From NCBI RefSeq assembly GCF_009557235.1, contig NZ_CP045650.1, forward strand, positions 900,001 through 932,000: a stretch of 32,000 bases of DNA, given 5' to 3'. Numbering within the stretch: the first letter of the stretch is position 1; every line of letters begins with the position of its first letter. The stretch comes from Acinetobacter wanghuae. Its GTDB lineage: Bacteria; Pseudomonadota; Gammaproteobacteria; Pseudomonadales; Moraxellaceae. A program made the translations under genes and the position numbers. A model generated the notes under the pieces. That model saw only the letters and a program-made list of their open reading frames with translations, was not told where the DNA came from and did not search any database. This document shows, piece by piece, positions 25,356 through 32,000 of this stretch.

Positions 25356-27202
25356 GATACAGACTCCTCTATCGCCACTTTACCTTTCTTCGTAGCCAAG
25401 CCTTTATGACTTTTCACTCGTTTGAATGCAAATAAGAAGATGAGTGCCATGACCCACATTGCAAGATCAAAAGAGGCAATCATCCATTGACCATTCGTTA
25501 TGGTATTCCAAAGGGCTTGCCCACCTGTTAAGACATTTACAATGGGGAGGAGTGCAAAAGCAATCGTTGCAAAGGCTAAAAGTTCTAACCATGCTTGACG
25601 ATGATTTCGGATAATTGCATAAACCAATACCAATGCCCAGACGATAAAGAAGCTTCGGATTTCCCAATTTAGACGCATCGCCATATCCGCAGGAATGAAA
25701 CGATTGGCGTAGAAATATGCAGCACATGCGATCGGTAAACCGATAATGGCGGCAATGTTTGTGACTTCCACCAGACGGTAACCAAATGATTTATAGCCTT
25801 GCTTCTGCTGTTGTGGCGCACGTTTGATACACCATAAAATCAAGCCTGTTGCAATCATTAAGGTGCCCACTACACCTGACATAAACAGTAACCAACGTAA
25901 GGCTAAGTCAACGCCACGTGCTTCATGCAACGAGGTAAAGACGTTATAAATGCCATTGGCGACAGAAGGGGTTTTGAATACAGTTTGATCGGTCTTCAAT
26001 TCACCATTTACGCCATTGAACGCTAAGCTTGGGTAAACATTACGATAGGCAACACTGACACCATTTAGCGCTTTCAGCTCGATTTCTGCTTTACTCGTAT
26101 TTGGTTTAATAATGGTGATGGTTGCGACTTCATTTTTAGGCCATTCTTTTTGCGCCGTTGCAAAAATCGGTTCGAAATCTGTCAATGCTGCAGGGCGTTC
26201 ACGACGACCTTCGTCACGACCACGTCTGCCTTCACCGTCACCACGTACATTCATAGCAGCATGTTCGTTTTTTCCACGTGGGCGACCTTCACCTTTAGAA
26301 CGTTCTTGACGACCTTCTGCATGATCACCGCGTGCTTGCATATTCCCACGTTCAGCGTGACCTTCGCTATTACGTAAGCCACGTTCTTCGCCGTCACCAC
26401 GCGCAGACATGCCACCGCGTTCATCACGACCTTCCTTCGATTCAGCTTTGTTGCCATTGTCTTGAATCAGGCTTTTACGTTGCTCTTGTAAAAATGCACC
26501 GCGATTCTCATAAATCTGGTTGACCCCCCAAGGCATGATCGTAAATAGAAGTAATAATAAACCACTGAAAGTAATCATGATATGGAAGGGGAGTGCAAAT
26601 ACAGCAGTCGCATTATGTGCATCGAGCCATGAGCGTTGCCCCTTACCAGGGCGGAAGGTGAAGAAATCTTTAAAAATTTTCTTATGGGTAATGACACCAC
26701 TAATGATGGCAACCAACATGAGTAAAGTTGCGATACCCACAATCCAGCGTGCCCACATGCGCGGTAAGCCATACAATTCAAAATGAAAACGATACAAGAA
26801 GCTACCGCCACGTGTTTCGCGAGCTTCTAATACTTCACCTGTTGCACTATCAAGGGTAATTCGCGTGCCACCGCGACGTGCACGTGGGTCTTCGTCGACA
26901 CCACGCACACTAATTGTTGTCACATTTTGACGAGAATTGGGGAGTTGAATTGACCAACTGCCTGCATCGGCATGATGTTGTTGTAAGTAGTCTAATGCAA
27001 CACGGGTTTGTTCAATTTGAGAGGGTTGAGGCACAGATTGATGAAATTCTGGCTTCATCCATGTACTAATTTCATTTTGGAAAAAGCTTAAAGTGCCTGT
27101 TAAAAAGATGGCATACAACAGCCAACCTAAAATTAGACTTGCCCATGTATGTAGCCATGACATCGATTGGCGTGGACCTTCTGGTTTTGCATCGGGTCTC
27201 AT
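25352..27202 (-). CDS. PepSY-associated transmembrane protein (PiuB/FoxB-like putative ferric-siderophore reductase family) with an Arg/Gly/Glu-rich insertion
   Basis: 616 aa. The N-terminal WLHTWASLILGWLLYAIFLTGTLSFF is the typical PepSY-TM helix motif, and several more TM helices follow. It sits next to a TonB-dependent receptor and Fur boxes. Confidence 0.75.
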   Translation of the reverse strand: MRPDAKPEGPRQSMSWLHTWASLILGWLLYAIFLTGTLSFFQNEISTWMKPEFHQSVPQPSQIEQTRVALDYLQQHHADAGSWSIQLPNSRQNVTTISVRGVDEDPRARRGGTRITLDSATGEVLEARETRGGSFLYRFHFELYGLPRMWARWIVGIATLLMLVAIISGVITHKKIFKDFFTFRPGKGQRSWLDAHNATAVFALPFHIMITFSGLLLLLFTIMPWGVNQIYENRGAFLQEQRKSLIQDNGNKAESKEGRDERGGMSARGDGEERGLRNSEGHAERGNMQARGDHAEGRQERSKGEGRPRGKNEHAAMNVRGDGEGRRGRDEGRRERPAALTDFEPIFATAQKEWPKNEVATITIIKPNTSKAEIELKALNGVSVAYRNVYPSLAFNGVNGELKTDQTVFKTPSVANGIYNVFTSLHEARGVDLALRWLLFMSGVVGTLMIATGLILWCIKRAPQQQKQGYKSFGYRLVEVTNIAAIIGLPIACAAYFYANRFIPADMAMRLNWEIRSFFIVWALVLVYAIIRNHRQAWLELLAFATIAFALLPIVNVLTGGQALWNTITNGQWMIASFDLAMWVMALIFLFAFKRVKSHKGLATKKGKVAIEESVS

Positions 27203-27203
27203 A

Positions 27204-27560
27204 TTATCGTCCTAAAAAGCGGTAGATGATGTAGAACAAAACACATGGAATCATGATGCCTAAACTTGCTTTTAATGTTTTATTCACCATAAATACCCAA
27301 ATAAATGCACAGGCTTGCAAGGTAAAAGCTATTAATGTCGCAGACATCGCTGCACTCGTACCAAAATCAGAAAATAATTGTGCAATTACAATGGCAACAA
27401 GGGATGCCAATATATACCCACCTAAAGCTGCTAATAGAAAACGATAAAAAATCATGAAACGATAAGACATTATTTTTGGCTTATATTTAGTTTCGGACGA
27501 TGTTTTAGATGTAAGAACCTGATCAGCGGCTACAACATCCATATTCGGACTACTCATCAT
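27204..27560 (-). CDS. Small membrane protein, first gene of the PepSY operon (DUF3649-like)
   Basis: The ORF track starts at a TTG at 27578. The ATG at 27560 has GGAG 10 nt upstream. There are two or three hydrophobic helices. Its stop lies 1 nt from the PepSY ATG (TAATATG). Confidence 0.55.
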   Translation of the reverse strand: MMSSPNMDVVAADQVLTSKTSSETKYKPKIMSYRFMIFYRFLLAALGGYILASLVAIVIAQLFSDFGTSAAMSATLIAFTLQACAFIWVFMVNKTLKASLGIMIPCVLFYIIYRFLGR

Positions 27561-27600
27561 TGAAAATTCGCTCCACAACTATTGGGAATTTTATTGTTGC

Positions 27601-27639
27601 GAATGATAACAATTATTATTTATATTTTGAATCATTATC
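27601..27639. promoter_or_regulatory. Fur box pair upstream of the minus-strand PepSY operon
   Basis: AATGATAACAATTATT (27602-27617) matches AATGATAATCATTATC of the Fur consensus GATAATGATAATCATTATC at 13/16 positions. TGAATCATTATC (27628-27639) matches the consensus 3' half. Confidence 0.7.
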
Positions 27640-27772
27640 TTAAAATATTATTTTATGAGCATGTGAGATAGTTAATTATTAATTAACTCATTGTTTATAA
27701 ACTAAAATAAATCAGAAATAGAGTTTTAAAAAACACATATATGAAGAAAAATTTAGCAATCCACGCCTCTAC

Positions 27773-27794
27773 ATTAATGATAATAATTATCATT
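27773..27794. promoter_or_regulatory. Fur box upstream of the TonB-dependent receptor gene
   Basis: attAATGATAATAATTATC (27773-27791) matches the 19-bp Fur consensus at 16/19 positions, and the core 16-mer at 15/16. It lies about 85 nt upstream of the ATG at 27877. Confidence 0.8.
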
Positions 27795-27876
27795 TGCTAT
27801 TGAATTCTCATTTGTTTTGACTACAATGAGCCAAAATCTACATATTTACTCCATAATTATGGATGGGAAATTTATA

Positions 27877-30048
27877 ATGAATAGCCGTTTTTTGAAATCA
27901 ACATTGGCTTTTGCTGTACTTACAGCAATGGGTTTACCTACTCAAGCACAAGAACAAACAGCAAAGCTAGATACGATTGTGGTCACAACGGCAGGTGGAT
28001 ACGAACAGAATATTGCAGATGCTGCAGCAACGATATCGGTGATTACAGCCGAAGAACTTCAAAAAAAATCATATAGTGATGTCACGGATGCCTTAAAAAA
28101 TGTACCTGGTGTATTTGTACAGGGTGGTGGTACAAACCAAACTGTTTCTATTCGTGGTATGGGCTCAGCATATACACTATTTTTAATTGATGGTCGTCCT
28201 ATGAATGATGGAAGTCTGTTGACAACCAACGGCGGTATTCAAGGTGCATCGGTTAACTTCTTACCACCCATTGAGTCGATTGAGCGTATTGAAATTATTC
28301 GTGGCCCATCGTCTTCACTTTATGGTTCAGATGCCATGGGTGGTGTGATCAATATCATCACGAAGAAACATCAAGATCGTTTGACTGCAAGTATTCGTAC
28401 CGAATATATCAAAGCGGATAAGTCCAATGATGTGAACAATGATGCAACCAATACCAGCCTTTATGTCAATGCACCGTTAATTGATAACTTGTTGTCTTTA
28501 CAAGTGACGGCAGGTCTTCAAACGATTGATGAAAGTTCACTGCAAAAGAACACTGCTGAAACGGGTGAAAGTGAGCCTGATTTCCAAAAAACAAACATCG
28601 GAACCAAGTTTGTATATACCCCGGATGATAAAAATACCATCACAGCTGAATATAAACGTACGCAACAAGAGCGTACCCATAACCCCGGTAAAAGTTATAC
28701 GAAGTACGTTTCTGCCACAGGTTCTAAAGTTGACATAGGGGGTGAAGACTTTATTTTATCTAATAATAACTATTATCCCGCTTTTGATACGGGTGAAAAG
28801 GATAAAAATGGAAATGCGATTTATCAATCTGATGTAGTGCCAAATACACGTACATATTCTGAGCTTGAAAAAAATAGCTATAGCCTGACCCATGATGGTG
28901 ATTACGATAATTTAAAACTTACGTCATATATTCAGTATGATAAAGACGAAAATAATGCAATTACAGGCCGTACAGTGAATGGCATTACCAATCCAGGCGG
29001 TATTTTATTTGAAACTTTAACGGCTAACACTCAAGGGACTTATTTCTTTGATCAGCATACTTTAACCGTGGGTGGTCGTTACTTAAAAGAAAACTTAGAA
29101 GATGGTACATCTAACCAAAATGTCGAAATGGCAGGTCAGGTCACCAAGATGGATCGTTACCAATGGTCGTTATTTGCTGAAGATACATGGAGTGTAACGG
29201 ACAAACTAGCACTGACGCTCAGTGGTCGTTTAGATGAAAACGAATTCTTTGGAGATAACTTCAGTCCTAAAGCTTATGCCGTGTATAAAGCCACAGACAG
29301 CTTTACCTTTAAAGGCGGGGTGATCTCTGGATATAAAGCACCCAGTCTGCGTAATTCATCGCCTGAATATATGTTGAACTCAATGGGTGGGGCAATCATG
29401 CCAAATCCAGATTTAAAACCTGAAACAAGCCTAACCTACGAAACAGGCTTTGCTTATGAAAATCAAGATTTAGGTCTACTCGCGAGTTTGATGTTCTACC
29501 AAACCGACTTTAAAGACAAAATTACCCGTTCGTCACGTATGCAAGGGAGTCAAGACGCGGACAGCGATTTCTATAAGGAACATCCTGAGCTACCCTACAA
29601 TGCCAATGGTTATACCTATAACTATAACGTGGATGAAGCACAAATTCGTGGCATTGAACTCACCACAGATTATCAAATCACGGACAATGTGAAATATCGT
29701 CATTCGTATACATATACCAACAGTGAGCAAAAGTCTGGTCAGTATGAAGGCAAACCATTAAATGATATCCCTAAGCATATGTTTAATGCAGGGCTAGATT
29801 GGGATGTAAATGACAAATTGCTGTTATGGAGCCAACTGAACTATCGTGGTAAGACAGTCGGGAATACATCCGACGTACAAACCCCTGAATATACTTTTGT
29901 GGACGTAGGCGCAGTCTATAAGCACGACGAAAAGCTTCAATTCTCAACAGGTATTTATAACCTGACCAATAAGAACGTCCTTGAAGATGGCAACTCGTGG
30001 GTATTGGACGGTCGACGATATAATTTCGCTTTAAATTATAAATTCTAA
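27877..30048 (+). CDS. TonB-dependent siderophore/iron receptor
   Basis: MNSRFLKSTLAFAVLTAMGLPTQAQE is a signal peptide. It has a TonB box LDTIVVTT, plug motifs (IRGMGS..., LIDGRPM, IEIIRGPSSSLYGSDAMGGVINIIT) and a C-terminal ...YNFALNYKF with terminal Phe. I prefer the start at ATG 27877 to the TTG at 27817. Confidence 0.9.
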   Translation: MNSRFLKSTLAFAVLTAMGLPTQAQEQTAKLDTIVVTTAGGYEQNIADAAATISVITAEELQKKSYSDVTDALKNVPGVFVQGGGTNQTVSIRGMGSAYTLFLIDGRPMNDGSLLTTNGGIQGASVNFLPPIESIERIEIIRGPSSSLYGSDAMGGVINIITKKHQDRLTASIRTEYIKADKSNDVNNDATNTSLYVNAPLIDNLLSLQVTAGLQTIDESSLQKNTAETGESEPDFQKTNIGTKFVYTPDDKNTITAEYKRTQQERTHNPGKSYTKYVSATGSKVDIGGEDFILSNNNYYPAFDTGEKDKNGNAIYQSDVVPNTRTYSELEKNSYSLTHDGDYDNLKLTSYIQYDKDENNAITGRTVNGITNPGGILFETLTANTQGTYFFDQHTLTVGGRYLKENLEDGTSNQNVEMAGQVTKMDRYQWSLFAEDTWSVTDKLALTLSGRLDENEFFGDNFSPKAYAVYKATDSFTFKGGVISGYKAPSLRNSSPEYMLNSMGGAIMPNPDLKPETSLTYETGFAYENQDLGLLASLMFYQTDFKDKITRSSRMQGSQDADSDFYKEHPELPYNANGYTYNYNVDEAQIRGIELTTDYQITDNVKYRHSYTYTNSEQKSGQYEGKPLNDIPKHMFNAGLDWDVNDKLLLWSQLNYRGKTVGNTSDVQTPEYTFVDVGAVYKHDEKLQFSTGIYNLTNKNVLEDGNSWVLDGRRYNFALNYKF

Positions 30049-30052
30049 GGAA

Positions 30053-30074
30053 ATAGGGCGAAAGCCCTATTTTT
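30053..30074 (+). terminator. Rho-independent terminator after the receptor gene
   Basis: Stem ATAGGGC/GCCCTAT with a GAAA loop, then TTTT, immediately after the TAA at 30046-30048. Confidence 0.8.
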
Positions 30075-30101
30075 AAATCGCTACAGTTCCAAAGGTGAAG
30101 T

Positions 30102-31391
30102 ATGAAAAGAAATCAGGGCTACGTCACTGATACCGTTTTTCCAGCATTCTTTTATAAGGAAATGCAACCTGAGTGGTTAAATACGATCACTCAGTTTTTA
30201 GGATTTAAAGGTGTCGATTTTACCGCTCCTTTTTCTTATTTAGAGTTAGCTTGCGGAACGGGTATCAATTTAATTGTCGCGGCAATGAATCATCCACAAA
30301 GTTACTTTGTAGGTGTAGATTTCAACTCGCAGCATATACGTGAGGCGCAAGCGTTCGCTGAGCAATTAGAGCTTAAAAACATAGCGTTTATTGAAGCGGA
30401 TTTTCAAACCTTTTATGAGTGCAATCAAACTCAGTTTGATTTTATTACGGTGCATGGCGCGTATTCGTGGGTCGCACCAATACAACAACAAGAAATTTTA
30501 GCCATAACGGCAAAATTCCTTAAATCACAGGGGATTTTTTATTTACATTATATGTGCTATCCAGGCTCGTTACATTTACAACCTGTACAAAAGTTATTTA
30601 ACTTAATTGATCAGCACGTGCCCACAGCATCTACTGAAAGTATTCAACTTGGAAAAGCCTTATTTAACGATTTGCATGAACATGGTGCCTTTGTTGATCA
30701 ACCACAAATGGAGGCATTGCTGAATACGTTGAACAATAGTTCTGACTATTTGACACATGAACTTCTCACCGATCACTGGCAACCTTTATATAGTGTCGAT
30801 GTTCATCAACAGGCACATCAATTAAGTGGCTTAACCTATATTGGAAGTGCAGAGCCGACTGAAAATTTGGACAGCATTAGTATTCCAAATGCGCTGCAAC
30901 CCATGGTGAGTAAAGTAAAAATACCTGAGCTAAAAGAATACTTAAAAGATCTGGCTCGAAATAGTAAACAACGCACCGACATTTACCAAAAACATCCGAT
31001 TCAACTTCAGCAAAATGAACATTTAGAAGTGCTGAAGCAAATGAAATTTGAATTAGTGCATTTAGGAGCAAACGCCAACGTTACAAAGTTCCAAACACCA
31101 ATTGGAGAGATGATTGCATCCGAAAAGTTGATCGAAAAAATGCTAACTGCCTTTGCCCATGAAAAACGGGGTTTTAACGACTTTATACAGTTAACAGAAT
31201 TTCAGCAGAATCCTATTTATTTAATTGAAACTTTATTCTTGCTGTTGAGTAATCAATATATTTATCCAGTGAAAAGTTCAGGAAATAAGAGAAATCAAAT
31301 TCATTCGGATCAATTTAATCAGTTTATGGAAGTAAAAAAAATTGCGTTAAGATTTAAAGAAAATTCACCCATTCCAATCTATGTCAGTTAA
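30102..31391 (+). CDS. Class I SAM-dependent methyltransferase with a long C-terminal extension
   Basis: 429 aa. SAM-binding motif I is YLELACGTGINLIV, with an acidic residue in VGVDFN and IEADF downstream. The ~250-aa C-terminal part is unassigned and may be the methyltransferase regulatory domain type. Confidence 0.7.
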   Translation: MKRNQGYVTDTVFPAFFYKEMQPEWLNTITQFLGFKGVDFTAPFSYLELACGTGINLIVAAMNHPQSYFVGVDFNSQHIREAQAFAEQLELKNIAFIEADFQTFYECNQTQFDFITVHGAYSWVAPIQQQEILAITAKFLKSQGIFYLHYMCYPGSLHLQPVQKLFNLIDQHVPTASTESIQLGKALFNDLHEHGAFVDQPQMEALLNTLNNSSDYLTHELLTDHWQPLYSVDVHQQAHQLSGLTYIGSAEPTENLDSISIPNALQPMVSKVKIPELKEYLKDLARNSKQRTDIYQKHPIQLQQNEHLEVLKQMKFELVHLGANANVTKFQTPIGEMIASEKLIEKMLTAFAHEKRGFNDFIQLTEFQQNPIYLIETLFLLLSNQYIYPVKSSGNKRNQIHSDQFNQFMEVKKIALRFKENSPIPIYVS

Positions 31392-31873
31392 CAAAAAAGT
31401 TTCTATAGGAGTGATGCTCATCGTTTAAGCGTTTTAGAACTAAAATAAGTGGTTATGCAGATTGTAGTCAATTCACAGGAATAAATAGGCTTAAATGTAT
31501 ATGCTCAATTTATTCCTATAGAGCAATTCTAAGGGAGGAGAGGCTAGGTCAAAAAATATCTATAGCTGATGGATATATAGAAAGTGCATTTACTCATATA
31601 TATAGCTTTGATCGAGTAACCATGACAGGCATGAGATTAAAATAGGACAATAGCTTTGTAGTGGTTTGAGGCTAGACATAATGAGAGCCAGCAAAGTAGA
31701 AAAAAGCGCTGACATTTATAGGAAATATTGAGTTATTTTTGAAACTTTCATTTTTCTATCAAGATAAGATTGATAGACCATTTTTGGGTATACATGGCGT
31801 ATACAAAGAGCTAAAAATGATTTGGCGGGGAATTTTGAAATTTTATTTGTGACGGTTAGAACACAATCATTAA

Positions 31874-32000
31874 AAACACTCCGACGATGCCGCTGCAATG
31901 TCGTTACCCTGAACCCGATGAGTTCAAGGTGGACGCGACGCATACTTGCTGGGTTTCCTGCACGAAGGCAGGCATACACTCTAAATATACAGAACACATC
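31874..32000 (-). ncRNA. ssrS: 6S RNA gene, 3' ~127 nt (5' end beyond the window edge)
   Basis: The minus strand reads ...GCGTCGCGTCCACCTTGAACTCATCGGGTTCAGGGTAACGACATTGCAGCGGCATCGTCGGAGTGTTT. This is collinear with the E. coli 6S RNA 3' part ...GCGACGACACAUUCACCUUGAACCAAGGGUUCAAGGGUUACAGCCUGCGGCGGCAUCUCGGAGAUU (from memory). An internal hairpin CCTGCCTTCGTGCAGG lies upstream. Confidence 0.8.

Noticed and set aside
26112-26523. Four overlapping 63-75 aa ORFs in other frames, and the idea that the three RGD tripeptides are integrin-type adhesion motifs.
   Set aside because: The ORFs arise from the repetitive, compositionally biased insert of the PepSY-TM gene. RGD is expected by chance in an R/G/D/E-rich loop of an inner-membrane protein.
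27817-27876. TTG-initiated 20-codon N-terminal extension of the TonB-dependent receptor in the ORF track.
   Set aside because: The extension (MTTMSQNLHIYSIIMDGKFI) precedes a canonical signal peptide that starts at ATG 27877, which has a purine-rich stretch upstream. The extension would bury the signal peptide.
31716-31997. 93-aa minus-strand ORF at the window edge.
   Set aside because: It overlaps the 6S RNA gene and AT-rich non-coding DNA. It has no RBS and no recognisable protein features, so it is probably spurious.
31874-32000. The terminal element was first considered as an IS end, a group II intron 3' end (domain V/VI-like hairpins) or a REP-type repeat.
   Set aside because: Neither a GNRA-capped 34-nt domain V nor terminal inverted repeats could be found. 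The sequence aligns collinearly with the 3' part of 6S RNA instead.

Overview
This window looks like an Acinetobacter-type (Moraxellaceae) chromosomal segment. The assignment rests on AT-rich DNA and on my recollection of the GdhA, Lon and RlmH protein sequences, not on a search.

- **1-6.2 kb, housekeeping block:** the gdhA 3' end, a META-domain lipoprotein, a YgiD-like extradiol dioxygenase, rlmH, lon and a 5-formyl-THF cyclo-ligase.
- **6.8-19.1 kb, one giant gene (about 12.3 kb):** it codes for a type I secretion (T1SS) style adhesin. It has a BapA-prefix-like N-terminus and about 8.4 kb of three families of Ala/Glu-rich tandem repeats that look helical (246, 270/285 and 288 bp units). These are followed by Ig-like and VCBS-like modules and a T1SS C-terminal secretion domain. 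As assembled, the reading frame is broken by dozens of 1-nt indels, almost all between 8.06 and 12.97 kb, and their pattern looks like sequencing or polishing error.
- **19.4-22.8 kb, a translationally coupled operon:** thiM-like kinase, two-domain rhodanese, SsuD-like flavin monooxygenase and HAD phosphatase. A YncE-like beta-propeller lipoprotein and a small anchored protein follow it.
- **24.9-31.9 kb, an iron-uptake module:** two divergent transcription units with good Fur boxes. One is a small membrane protein, a PepSY-TM protein and a second small membrane protein. The other is a TonB-dependent receptor. A SAM methyltransferase follows.
- **Right edge:** the 3' two-thirds of the 6S RNA gene (ssrS, minus strand).

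The observation I rate highest is that the last 60 nt of ssrS are duplicated in direct orientation at 24829-24888. This brackets the iron-uptake module like attL/attR of an island integrated into ssrS. In addition, ssrS and the cyclo-ligase gene keep their classical order and strand but lie 25.6 kb apart, with the adhesin and all the other accessory genes between them.

No tRNA, rRNA, CRISPR array or IS element was recognised.
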